Below are positions 1 to 9,187 of a stretch of 64,000 nucleotides of DNA, piece by piece (position 1 is the stretch's first letter; each line of letters starts with the position of its first letter). This DNA comes from Myxococcota bacterium (GTDB lineage Bacteria > Myxococcota_A > UBA9042 > PHBI01 > JAWLBL01): NCBI GenBank assembly GCA_041687695.1, contig JAWLBL010000008.1, positions 160,001-224,000 on the forward strand, given 5' to 3'. The notes beneath the pieces were generated by a model. That model ran no database searches and had not been told where the DNA came from. It was given only the letters and a program-made list of their open reading frames with translations. The translations under genes were made by a program, and so were the position numbers.

Positions 1-128
1 CGGTGTGCGCCGGCAACAAGGCGACCAACGCGCCGCTGCCCGGGGCGGGCGGGACCAGCTTCGGCAACTCGGGCAAGAAGGGGCTCGGGGCCTTGGTGGG
101 CCCCACGGCCACCGGCAGCTGCAAGTAG
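1..128 (+). CDS. 3' end of an upstream gene (Gly-rich tail), partial
   Basis: Frame from nt 3 reads [29 protein letters not shown]...SCK-TAG with GC-rich third positions; runs off the window edge. Confidence 0.5.
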   Translation, partial: VCAGNKATNAPLPGAGGTSFGNSGKKGLGALVGPTATGSCK

Positions 129-223
129 GCGCGTCGCGCCCGCTGTGCTATGACGCCGCCGACCCCGGACCCCCGGGTTGGCGGACAGCGGACACGCGCC
201 CGAGCAGGGCGGCAGGAGGCCCC

Positions 224-868
224 GTGAAGTTCTTCATCGACAGCGCGGACATCGGCGAGATCAAGGCCGCCCAGGCCATGGGCATGTGCGACGGCGTGAC
301 CACCAACCCGTCCCTGGTCGCCAAGACCGGCAAGCGCTTCCAGGACGTCATCGACGCCATCGTCCACACGGTCGACGGCCCGGTCAGCCTCGAGGTGACC
401 ACCGTCAGCTACGACGAGATGATGGCCCAGGCCCGCGAGTTCGCCGGCTTCGGCGACAACGTCGTCGTCAAGCTGCCGCTGACCAAGGACGGCCTGCGCG
501 CCTGCCGCACCTGCTACGACGAGGGCATCGCCACCAACGTCACCCTCTGCTTCAGCCCCAACCAGGCCCTGCTGGCGGCCAAGGCCGGCGCGACCTACAT
601 CAGCCCCTTCGTCGGGCGCCTGGACGACATCTCGTCGGACGGCATGAAGCTCATCGACGACATCTGCACCATCTACCGCAACTACGAGTTCGAGACGCAG
701 GTGCTCGTCGCCTCGGTCCGCCACCCGCAGCACGTCGTCGAGTCGGCGCTGATGGGCGCCCACGTGGCGACCATGCCCCTGTCGGTGCTCGACCAGATGT
801 TCAACCACCCGCTGACCACCAGCGGCCTGGACAAGTTCATGGCCGACTGGGCCAAGGTCCCGAGCTGA
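224..868 (+). CDS. tal: Transaldolase / fructose-6-phosphate aldolase family
   Basis: GTG start after AGGAGG; motifs [39 protein letters not shown]. Confidence 0.93.
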   Translation: MKFFIDSADIGEIKAAQAMGMCDGVTTNPSLVAKTGKRFQDVIDAIVHTVDGPVSLEVTTVSYDEMMAQAREFAGFGDNVVVKLPLTKDGLRACRTCYDEGIATNVTLCFSPNQALLAAKAGATYISPFVGRLDDISSDGMKLIDDICTIYRNYEFETQVLVASVRHPQHVVESALMGAHVATMPLSVLDQMFNHPLTTSGLDKFMADWAKVPS

Positions 869-910
869 GCCGACCGGCGATCTGACCGCGGCGCTGGCCA
901 CGGCATCGGC

Positions 911-981
911 GTGGCCGTAGCCGGTGGCCGTAGCCGGTGGCCGTAGCCGGTGGCCGTAGTCGGTGGCCGTGGCCGTAGCCG
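911..981. repeat. 13-bp tandem repeat GTGGCCGTAGCCG (about 5 copies, degenerating)
   Basis: Copies at 911, 924, 937, 950 plus a degenerate fifth. Confidence 0.9.
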
Positions 982-1086
982 GTCACCGTGGCCGGTGGCA
1001 GTGGCCGAGTCGAGGCGCCGACGGAGTGCGCGAGCTTGCTCGCGCCCCGACGCAGCGCAGCTCGCTGCGCGTGGAACCTGCGACGA

Positions 1087-1508
1087 GCGCAGAGACCGCC
1101 TGCACAAGGTGCAGACCTTCTGCAGGGCGCAGGGGCCGCCTGCATCAAGCTGCAGGCCTCGCTGCAGGGCGCAGAGAGCGCCAGCATCGAGGTGCAGACC
1201 TTCCCTGCAGGGCGCAGAGAGCGCCAGCATCGAGGTGCAGACCTTCCCTGCAAGGCGCAGAGACCGCCTGCACCGAGGTGCAGACCTTCCTGCAGGGCGC
1301 AGAGAGCGCCAGCACCGAGGTGCAGACCTTCCTGCAGGGCGCAGAGAGCGCCTGCATCGAGGTGCAGACCTTCTGCAGGGCTCAGAGAGCGCCTGCATCG
1401 AGGTGCAGACCTTCTGCAGGGCGCAGAGAGCGCCTGCATCGAGGTGCAGACCTTCTGCAGGGCGCAGAGAGCGCCAGCACCAAGGTGCTGACCTTCTGCA
1501 GGGCGCAG
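1087..1508. repeat. Tandem array of 10 copies of a 40-43 bp unit, no spacers
   Basis: Consensus GCGCAGAGAGCGCC(T/A)GCA(T/C)CGAGGTGCAGACCTT(C)nTGCAGG; unit lengths 40,42,43,43,42,42,41,41,41,41. Confidence 0.95.
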
Positions 1509-1547
1509 TCGGTCCCGATCTGGGAGTGTCGCGACCGCCGGGCTTCG

Positions 1548-1599
1548 AAACGAAAACGGCGATCGCAGCGTCCCGGGGGGGATGGGAGCTGCGATCGCC
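1548..1599 (-). terminator. Rho-independent terminator for degP
   Basis: GGCGATCGCAGC-TCCC / GGGAGCTGCGATCGCC stem followed on the minus strand by GTTTTCGTTT. Confidence 0.75.
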
Positions 1600-1686
1600 C
1601 GAGAGAGTCACCTGAGGAGGAACGGTGACACCTGAGGCGCCGGGCGAAACCGTGGGGGGACCGGCCCGGACACCTCAGTCTGGGTG

Positions 1687-3150
1687 TCAACGCGCGAGCG
1701 GGATGAAAATCTTCCGGCCCTCGCGGAGGACGAGCAGGGAGAGCATGTCACCCTTGGAAGCCTGGCCCAGGGCCTTGTCCAGGGCTTGCGCGTTGCCGAT
1801 GTCCTTGTAGTTGAGCTGCAGGACCACGTCGCCGGCCTCGAGGCCGCTGCGCTCGGCGCGGCTGCCCGGCTCGACCTCGAGGACGAGCACGCCCGTGGCG
1901 TCGTCGGACAGGCGCAGCTCGCGCTTCATCGCGGCCGGCACGTCCGACAGGCGGGCGCCGAGGACCTTCGAGGTGAGGCCCTTGGGCGTCGGCGCCTTGG
2001 CCGGGGCGGCGGCCTCGCGGACCTGCTCTTCGGGGAACTCCGCGAGCTGGACGGCCAGCTGCATCCGGCGCTCCTGGCGCACCACGTCGACGCTGACCGG
2101 CTCACCCAGGTTCGAGGTCGAGGCGAACCAGGACAGGTCCTCCCAGTGCGCGACCTCCTTGCCGTTCCACGACAGGATGACGTCGCCCGGCTGCACGCCC
2201 GCCTTGGCCGCCGGCGTGCCGCTGACGACCTCGTGGACCAGGGCGCCGGTCGACTTGCGGAAGCCCAGCTTGCGCGCCAGCTCGACCGGCACCTCGCCGA
2301 TCTTCACGCCCAGGTAGGACCGCTGCACCTTGCCCTGCGCCAGCTGGGGCATGATCTTCTTGATCATGTTGACCGGCACGGCGAAGCCGATGCCCTGCCC
2401 GGCGGCGTTGATGGCCGTGTTGATGCCGATGACCTCGCCGCGGATGTTGATGAGCGGCCCACCCGAGTTGCCCGGGTTGATGCTGGCGTCGGTCTGGATG
2501 AAGTTGGCGTACATCGGCTGGCGGCCGGGCTGCACGTCGCGGCGCCCCTTGGCGCTGACGATGCCCGCGGTCACCGTGTGGTTGAGGCCGAAGGGGTTGC
2601 CGATGGCGACGACCCACTCGCCGATCTCGAGCTGGTCCGAGTTGCCCAGGGCCGCGGCGGTCAGGGGCTCGCTCGCCTCGAACTTCAGCAGGGCCACGTC
2701 GAGCTGCGGGTAGGTGCCGACGACCTTGGCGTCATAGACGTTGTCGTTGGCGAGGCGCACCTGGATCTTGTCGGCGCCGTCGATGACGTGGTTGTTCGTC
2801 AGGGCGTAGCCGTCGGCGTGGATGATGAAGCCGGAGCCCAGGCTCTTGCCCTGCTCGCCGCCACGGAAGCCGAAGAAGGGCGCGAAGGGGTGGTCCTTGC
2901 GCGAGGCCTGCGGCTTGCGGTTGACGGAGATGCTGACGACGGCGGGGGACAGGTCGCGGGCCAGGGTGGAGAACGCCCGCATGCTGACGGGGGCGTCCGG
3001 GTCGAGGGGCTCGACGTGCGAGCGCTCGGTCCAGAGCTTGGGGGGCGGTTCGGCGAAGGCGCCGGGTACGAGGCTGAGGATCGAGGCGGCGACGAGGGCG
3101 CCGGTGACGCGCCGTCGGGTCATCAGGCGCGGGAACCTGGAAAGGGTCAT
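1687..3150 (-). CDS. degP: HtrA/DegP (Do) family serine protease with two PDZ domains
   Basis: Signal peptide; GSGFII, TNNHV, DVAL, IQTDASINPGNSGGPL; two PDZ-like C-terminal domains. Confidence 0.92.
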   Translation of the reverse strand: MTLSRFPRLMTRRRVTGALVAASILSLVPGAFAEPPPKLWTERSHVEPLDPDAPVSMRAFSTLARDLSPAVVSISVNRKPQASRKDHPFAPFFGFRGGEQGKSLGSGFIIHADGYALTNNHVIDGADKIQVRLANDNVYDAKVVGTYPQLDVALLKFEASEPLTAAALGNSDQLEIGEWVVAIGNPFGLNHTVTAGIVSAKGRRDVQPGRQPMYANFIQTDASINPGNSGGPLINIRGEVIGINTAINAAGQGIGFAVPVNMIKKIMPQLAQGKVQRSYLGVKIGEVPVELARKLGFRKSTGALVHEVVSGTPAAKAGVQPGDVILSWNGKEVAHWEDLSWFASTSNLGEPVSVDVVRQERRMQLAVQLAEFPEEQVREAAAPAKAPTPKGLTSKVLGARLSDVPAAMKRELRLSDDATGVLVLEVEPGSRAERSGLEAGDVVLQLNYKDIGNAQALDKALGQASKGDMLSLLVLREGRKIFIPLAR

Positions 3151-3322
3151 GGGAGCTGGGTCCTCCTAGCAAGGCGGCGAGGCCGATCCACCGCGCCGGC
3201 GTGGGGCTACGCCGCGGCGAGACGACTGGACGAGGAGAGCACCCGGGGCTCTCCTGCGCGTGAGGTAACCAGCGGGCCGAGCGCCGCATTCCTGAGCAGA
3301 ACCGCGGCCCTGAGCGGCGGGC

Positions 3323-5422
3323 TCAGGTCGAGGTCGTGGTGCGCGACGAGGTCTCCTGCACGGGCAGGTAGATGCTGAAGGTGGTGCCGTCGCCGACCCG
3401 CGACGAGACCTCGATGGTGCCGCCCAGGCTGCGGACGATGCGCTGGCAGATGGCGAGGCCCAGGCCCGTCCCGTTGGGTTTGGTCGTGTAGAACGGGATG
3501 AACAGGCGCTGCAGCACCTCGGTCGGCATGCCGGGGCCCTCGTCCTGAAAGCGCAGGCGGATGTAGGCGACCCGGTCCTGGCCGGGCGCGCGGGTCGCCG
3601 CCGGGGCGGGGCGCCGCCAGGTGAGCGCCGACGTGATGGTCAGGTTGCCGCCGGTGTCGCCCATCGCCTCGACCGCGTTGCGCGCCAGGTTCAGCACCAC
3701 CTGGCGTAGCAGCTCCGGGTCCGAGCGGATGCTGGGCAGGTTGGGGGCCGAGATGTACTCGATGGTGCTGTTCGAGTCCTGGGCCTTGAGCAGGGTCAGC
3801 GTCCGCTCGAGCACCTGGTTGACGTCGACCGGGTCCAGGTTGCCCTTGAGCGGCCGGGCGTAGCTGAGGAACTGGCTGACGACGCTGTTCAGGCGGTCGA
3901 CCTCCTCCTCGATGATGCCCAGGTAGACGGTGCCCTGCTCGGGGTCCTCCTTGAGCAGCGTCGTCGCGCCGCGGATGGCCCCCAGGGGGTTGCGGATCTC
4001 GTGCGCCAGGCCCGCGGCCATCTCGCCCAGGGCGGCCAGGCGGTCGCGCTCGCGGATGCGGTCGAACAGGCGCGAGTTCTCGATGGTGATGGTCGCCTGC
4101 GCGCCCAGCGCCACCAGGGCCTTGATCTCCTCGGTGCTGTAGGCGCCGCGCAGCCGCTCGTCCTTGACGTTCAGAAACCCCAGCAGCTGCTCGCCGCTGA
4201 CGAAGGCGATGGTCAGCGCCGACTGCAGCTCCTCCATGGTCTGGATCATCGCGTCGAGCACCTCGACCTGCGCCTGGTCCTGCGCGGTGCCGCTCTTGTT
4301 CAGCTCGTCGCGCTCGCTCTCGAGGTTCTCGATGGTGACCAGCTTGTCCTCGGTGAGCCGCGTCAGGAACGGCCGCGCCGAGATGGCGTCGAGGCGCGCC
4401 GGCGGCTCGGTGCCGACGAAGCCCAGGTTCGCGTAGGCCAGGCCGTCCTCGTCCAGCAGGTACACGCCCGCGTGGGTCACGCGCCGCGACGCCTCGAGCC
4501 GCCGCAGCACGACGTCCGACAGCGCGCGCACGTCGATGACGCTGGCCAACCCCGCCCGCAGCGACTCGGCCTGCTTGGTGAACTCGAACTTCTCGCGGAA
4601 GACCAGCTCGTTGAGCTTGTCCTCGACGAAGTTGCGCAGCGGGTCGAACAGGATGAGCACGACGATGGTGGCGATGGTCGTGTTGAACAGGAACAGGCCG
4701 AGATCGTGGCGCCACCAGCCGACCAGCAGCGCGTAGATGAGGCTGATGACGATGGCGAAGCCGGCCAGAACGACGAAGCGGCCCAGGAACTCGAACAGAT
4801 CCAGGACGCGGCGCAGCGTGATGACCTGGAAGATGAAGTACATGTAGACGGCGACCAGGATGTTGCCGACCGACGAGGTCCCCAGGCCCGGCAGGTACTC
4901 GGCCAGCGCCAGCGAGAAGACCAGCCCGCCCGCCGCCAGCAGCACCTTCAGGCGCGTGCGGTCCACGCGCGAGGCGACCTGCCCCAGCCGCCGCACCATC
5001 ACCAGGATGGACATCAGCAGCGCCAGCACCACACCGCCCGCCAGCAGCGCCAGGCGCATCTCGAGCTGCGGCGGCCACGCCAGGACGGCGAAGGCGACCA
5101 GCGCCGTCGACAGCGCCAGCAGAAGGCGCCGCGACACGCGCGCGAACCGGCTCTGGTCGTCGGCGAACTCGGCGAAGAAGCCGAAGCACGTGTAGGGGAG
5201 CATCCCCCCGACCAGCCCCTGCGCGCCCGCCGCCAGCCGCGGCCCCAGCGCCTCGGACACGGTCAGCGCCTCGACCAGGAACCACGTCACCAGGTTCAGG
5301 TTGAACCACGCGAAGCGGCTGAACAGGGGCAGCCGCTGGCCCCGCAACAGGACATGGATGGCCAGCGCGGCGCAGATGATCGCCGCCAGCAGGGCCGATT
5401 GGATGCGGTACCAGTTTTCCAT
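3323..5422 (-). CDS. Membrane sensor histidine kinase (multi-TM, GAF, HisKA, HATPase)
   Basis: Hydrophobic N-terminus; AHEIRNPL H-box, NLARNAVEA N-box, DEGPG, GTGLGL. Confidence 0.9.
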   Translation of the reverse strand: MENWYRIQSALLAAIICAALAIHVLLRGQRLPLFSRFAWFNLNLVTWFLVEALTVSEALGPRLAAGAQGLVGGMLPYTCFGFFAEFADDQSRFARVSRRLLLALSTALVAFAVLAWPPQLEMRLALLAGGVVLALLMSILVMVRRLGQVASRVDRTRLKVLLAAGGLVFSLALAEYLPGLGTSSVGNILVAVYMYFIFQVITLRRVLDLFEFLGRFVVLAGFAIVISLIYALLVGWWRHDLGLFLFNTTIATIVVLILFDPLRNFVEDKLNELVFREKFEFTKQAESLRAGLASVIDVRALSDVVLRRLEASRRVTHAGVYLLDEDGLAYANLGFVGTEPPARLDAISARPFLTRLTEDKLVTIENLESERDELNKSGTAQDQAQVEVLDAMIQTMEELQSALTIAFVSGEQLLGFLNVKDERLRGAYSTEEIKALVALGAQATITIENSRLFDRIRERDRLAALGEMAAGLAHEIRNPLGAIRGATTLLKEDPEQGTVYLGIIEEEVDRLNSVVSQFLSYARPLKGNLDPVDVNQVLERTLTLLKAQDSNSTIEYISAPNLPSIRSDPELLRQVVLNLARNAVEAMGDTGGNLTITSALTWRRPAPAATRAPGQDRVAYIRLRFQDEGPGMPTEVLQRLFIPFYTTKPNGTGLGLAICQRIVRSLGGTIEVSSRVGDGTTFSIYLPVQETSSRTTTST

Positions 5423-5502
5423 GTCTTCGAAACGCGCGAACGCGGCAGGCCCCGCGCCGCGCGTCAGGGAGCCCCCGCGTTCACCCGCCGACTACCCGAG
5501 CG

Positions 5503-6465
5503 CTACTCGCTCTCGGCCTCGGCCTCGCCCTTGCTGTTCAGCTCGGTCTGCAGCGCCGTCCGCATCGCCCGCGCGGTCTGGACCGTCTCCTTCCAGTTGG
5601 GCGCGCTCGGGTCGGCGTTCTTCTCGTAGCTCTCGAGGGCCCCGATGGCCTTCGACAGCTGCCCCGCCTGGGTGTAGGCGTAGGCGACGTTGAACAGGGC
5701 GTCCGTGCGCGTCGCGTCGCGCATCATCGCCTCTCGGAACAGATCGATGGCCCCCGGCGCGTCGCCGCCCTGCAGCTTCAGCACGCCCAGGTTGTTCAGC
5801 ACGTCCGGCGACCGCTCGGCGTGGCGCAGCGCCTCCTCGTACACGGCCCGCGCCTCGCTCTCGTGCTCGAACTCCTCGTACATCTGGGCCAGCGCCTCGT
5901 AGCTGCGCCCGTACTTGGGGTCGCAGGCGATGGCCTCGCGGAAGGCGCCGTCGGCCCCGTCGAAGTCGCCGTGCTTCTTGAGCACCGTGCCCCGGACGTG
6001 GTGCGCCGGCGCGTAGTTCGGGTCGACCTTCAGCACGGCCTCGACCGCCTCGAGGGCCTCCTTGACGTTGCCCTTGTCCTCGTGCAGCCGCGCCAGCTGG
6101 AACAGCACGTCGCGGTCACCCGGCGCCAGCTCGCGCGCCTTGGTGAAGTTCGCGAGGGCGGCGTCCAGATCCTGCCGCTCGTGTAGATCGATGAGGCCCA
6201 TGTGGTAGTAGGCCTCGACCGCCTCGGGCCAGATCTCGGTGGCCCGCTGGAAGTGGACGTAGGCCGTCTTGAAGTCGTTGCCGTCGTAGGACCGGACGCC
6301 CTGGTTGGTCAGGGCGATGGCGTCCTTCTTGGCCTTGCTGCAAGCGGGCGCGCCGGCCGCCACGAGGGCCACCAAGGCGATGGTGACCACCGTGGCGCCG
6401 GCGCGTTGGAGTCGTGCGATGACGTTCGTCATGGGGACCGTGCTCCGCGACCCAGCGTCGGTCAC
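5503..6465 (-). CDS. TPR repeat (lipo)protein
   Basis: Hydrophobic leader ending APAC; many TPR-like repeats (AYYHMG, VLNNLG, ALFNVA); 4-bp overlap with gltG. Confidence 0.8.
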   Translation of the reverse strand: MTDAGSRSTVPMTNVIARLQRAGATVVTIALVALVAAGAPACSKAKKDAIALTNQGVRSYDGNDFKTAYVHFQRATEIWPEAVEAYYHMGLIDLHERQDLDAALANFTKARELAPGDRDVLFQLARLHEDKGNVKEALEAVEAVLKVDPNYAPAHHVRGTVLKKHGDFDGADGAFREAIACDPKYGRSYEALAQMYEEFEHESEARAVYEEALRHAERSPDVLNNLGVLKLQGGDAPGAIDLFREAMMRDATRTDALFNVAYAYTQAGQLSKAIGALESYEKNADPSAPNWKETVQTARAMRTALQTELNSKGEAEAESE

Positions 6466-8345
6466 TGGGTCTTGAGGATGAGCGGATAGGAGACCTGCAC
6501 CACGCCGCCGTCCTTGGGCGACGGGAACTTCCAGCGGTTCATCTTGCCGGTGATGCAGCTGATGAGCTCGCCGTCGGTGATGGTCGGGTTCTTGGCGCTG
6601 GTGTTGGACACCTTGCCGTTGGGCAGGATGGTGAAGGACAGGGTCAGCTTGCCGCGCAGCTTGGAGTTACGCTGCAGCGCGTCCTGGTAGCACCACCGGA
6701 TGCCGGACAGGTTGCGGCGGATGATCGACTGGACCGTGTTCTTGTCGAGCTTGCCGCTGACGTTGGCGTTGGTGGCGATGGCGACCGGCTTGACGTCGCG
6801 GTCGGCCAGCGAGATGTCACGCTGGGAGGCCTCGCGGATGCCCTGGATCGCCGGCCCGCCGGGGCCGCCCGGCCCACCGGGGCCGCCCGGGCCGCCCACC
6901 GAGTCGGCCGACGCGAAGCCGCCGCCGTCGAAGGTCCCGCCGCCGAAGGGGTCCACCGTGCCGCCGAAGGACGGCGCGTTCGGGTCCATCGAGCCCAGGG
7001 TCTTGATGCCCATGTTGGGCGTGTCCTGGAGCAGCGTGTTCATCAGGTTGCTCTCGCTCAGCACCTTGGCGGCGCCGGCGGTCATCGCGATCTCGCGCGC
7101 CTTGTCCTTGCGCTGGTCCTCGGGCATCGCGTCGAGCTGCTTCTGGATGTCGTCGTTGCGCTTTTTGTGCAGCTTGCTCAGCAGATCCGGCTCGCGCGGC
7201 TTCTCCTTGGGCTGCTCGACGACCTCCTCGACGACCTTGATCTCCTCGACGATGTCGTCGCTGACCTTCTTCTTCTTGTCCTTGTCCTCCTCCTCGGGCT
7301 TTTGCTCCTCCTCGAGCTTCTTCTCTTCCTCCTGCGCCACCTTGAGCATCTCGATCATCTTGGCGCGCTTGGCCGCCGGGTCCTTGCGCTTGCGCAGGGA
7401 CTCCTCGGGCATGAGGCTGAGGATGGTCAGGAACGTGATGTGCACGATCGCCGACAGGGCGATGTAGATGTAGGGGTTGAAGTCGACGGCCCACGGCGCC
7501 GCCTTGTCGCGCTTGGGCACCGGGCCCCAGCTGACCAGCAGCGTGAACTCGCCGAAGCGGACGCGCGCGCGGGTGTTGCGTCCGATGACGAACTGCCCGC
7601 CCGGCGCCTCCTTGCGCGCCTCGGCGATGGTCTTGACCTGCCCGTCGACGAGCAGATCGCCCTCCATCGCGTCGTTCTTCAGGTTCAGCGCGAAGGCGTC
7701 GCCCTTGGGGACGATGAGCGGGTAGGACGCGACCCCCAGCGCCTCGGACGGCAGGGTGAAGCGGCAGCCGGGCTTTTCGCCGACGACCACCTCGGTCGGC
7801 GTCTTGAAGTGGTCGATGCTGAGGACGGTCTCGCCCCACAGCAGCGCTACCTCGAAGACCATGTCGCCGTCACCGGCGCCGCCGGACGCCTTGCCGGCGC
7901 CCGCGCCCTGCTTCTGATAGAAGGACTGCTGCCCGAGGCCGGCCAGCTCCTTGGGCGCCTCGGGCGCGGTCGGCGGCGGCTCGGGGCGGACCGGCACCGG
8001 CGGCGCGTCCGTCATGCGCGGCACCATCGCGGTGCGCAGCGACGGGTCCTCGGTGATCTTGACGACGATCTCGGTCTCGCCGCAGACGATGCGGTCACCG
8101 TCCTTGAGCGTCGCCTGGACGACCTTCTCGCCGTTGACCTTGGTCCCGTTGGTCGAGCCCAGGTCGGTCACCCGCCAGTCGCCGTTCTCGCGCAGCTCGA
8201 TGAGCGCGTGCTTGCGAGAGACGTTGACGTCGTCGAGGCGCAGGTTCGACGTCGACAGCTTGCCCACGTTGATGATGGGCCGGTCGAACGTCTGCTCGCC
8301 GACGCGCGCGCCGTTCCTGAAAATGGTGAACGAGATCTCCGCCAT
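6462..8345 (-). CDS. gltG: Gliding motility protein GltG-like (FHA, TM, charged linker, TonB/AgmX-PglI C-terminal domain)
   Basis: FHA (VGK...VSRKHA...DLGSTNGT), one TM, GGP repeats, C-terminal IRWCYQDAL...WKFPSPKDGGVVQVSYP. Confidence 0.8.
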   Translation of the reverse strand: MAEISFTIFRNGARVGEQTFDRPIINVGKLSTSNLRLDDVNVSRKHALIELRENGDWRVTDLGSTNGTKVNGEKVVQATLKDGDRIVCGETEIVVKITEDPSLRTAMVPRMTDAPPVPVRPEPPPTAPEAPKELAGLGQQSFYQKQGAGAGKASGGAGDGDMVFEVALLWGETVLSIDHFKTPTEVVVGEKPGCRFTLPSEALGVASYPLIVPKGDAFALNLKNDAMEGDLLVDGQVKTIAEARKEAPGGQFVIGRNTRARVRFGEFTLLVSWGPVPKRDKAAPWAVDFNPYIYIALSAIVHITFLTILSLMPEESLRKRKDPAAKRAKMIEMLKVAQEEEKKLEEEQKPEEEDKDKKKKVSDDIVEEIKVVEEVVEQPKEKPREPDLLSKLHKKRNDDIQKQLDAMPEDQRKDKAREIAMTAGAAKVLSESNLMNTLLQDTPNMGIKTLGSMDPNAPSFGGTVDPFGGGTFDGGGFASADSVGGPGGPGGPGGPGGPAIQGIREASQRDISLADRDVKPVAIATNANVSGKLDKNTVQSIIRRNLSGIRWCYQDALQRNSKLRGKLTLSFTILPNGKVSNTSAKNPTITDGELISCITGKMNRWKFPSPKDGGVVQVSYPLILKTQ

Positions 8346-8691
8346 GGCTTCGTCCTCACACGACGCGACGTGGTTACGTCGTCAGGTGCCCCTGGGCGCC
8401 GCGCCGAGCCGCGGCTCCCACTCCCACTGGTCTGCTTGTCAGCGCGTCCGGCGGGCGTCACGGACCATCCTGTCCATGACGCGGCCCGGTGTCTACGTCA
8501 CGCCCTAACGGCGCGAAATGCTTCGTCGTCCGTCACGCCCAGGCGGCGCGTGACCCGCCCGACGGCGAGCGGCGAATGGGCGCGGCGGCCCCGTGTCCGG
8601 GTGGGGGCCCAGGTGAGGGCCGGCCGCGTCGTTGGTACGATGGGGTCCAGTTGGTCCTCGAGGCGAGTCACCAGCCGCTTGCGTGGCCGAC

Positions 8692-8940
8692 TCAGATGTC
8701 CTCGGCGGACTTGACGATCTCGGCCACGAAGTCGAGCCGCACCTTGATGAGGCTGGACTGGCGGCCACCGCCGAGGCCGTCGATCAGGAAGGTGTTCGGC
8801 TTGAGGTAGTCGGTCGTCAGGGTGTCTTCCTCGAAGTCGAAGACCTCGACGTCGTCCTCACCCTTGTCTTGCGCCGACACGGTCACGGGCAGGGCCAGCC
8901 CCAACCCCAGGAAGGCGGTCACCACAACGAAGCGCTTCAT
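8692..8940 (-). CDS. gltF: Gliding motility protein GltF/CglF-like
   Basis: Small secreted protein with FDFEEDT...KP...SLIKVRLDFVAEIVKS pattern; lies between gltE and gltG. Confidence 0.78.
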   Translation of the reverse strand: MKRFVVVTAFLGLGLALPVTVSAQDKGEDDVEVFDFEEDTLTTDYLKPNTFLIDGLGGGRQSSLIKVRLDFVAEIVKSAEDI

Positions 8941-9117
8941 GGGTCACTCCTCTCGCCCCACGACAGGCAGGGGCTGGTGCGAATCATAACGGGGTACGGG
9001 GGCCATTGGCTAGTCGTCATGGGGTTTTCGGCCGATCCTGGCCTCGCCCGGGCGGCCGGTCCGCATCAGGCTCGACACCCCTCGGGTCGGGTTGTTCCCG
9101 GCTCCACCCATAAATTC

Positions 9118-9162
9118 AAAAAAAACGCAAAGGCCCTGCGCGCAGGCTGCGGGCAGGGCCTT
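9118..9162 (-). terminator. Rho-independent terminator after gltE
   Basis: AAGGCCCTGC / GCAGGGCCTT stem followed by a T-run on the minus strand. Confidence 0.75.
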
Positions 9163-9187
9163 CATCGTAGCGGTCCAGGGCCGGCTC

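Noticed and set aside
1087..1508. CRISPR array
   Set aside because: Units are contiguous with no unique spacers, and there are no cas genes in the window
682..1628. Overlapping ORFs across the repeat region
   Set aside because: All frames stay open because the repeat lacks stops; the repeated peptides shift frame; no convincing start signals
1626..1689. UGA plus hairpin as a SECIS (Sec read-through of degP)
   Set aside because: DegP ends normally after the second PDZ domain, and a second TGA follows after three sense codons
6853..6900. 9-bp tandem repeat
   Set aside because: Simply encodes the GGP linker within gltG
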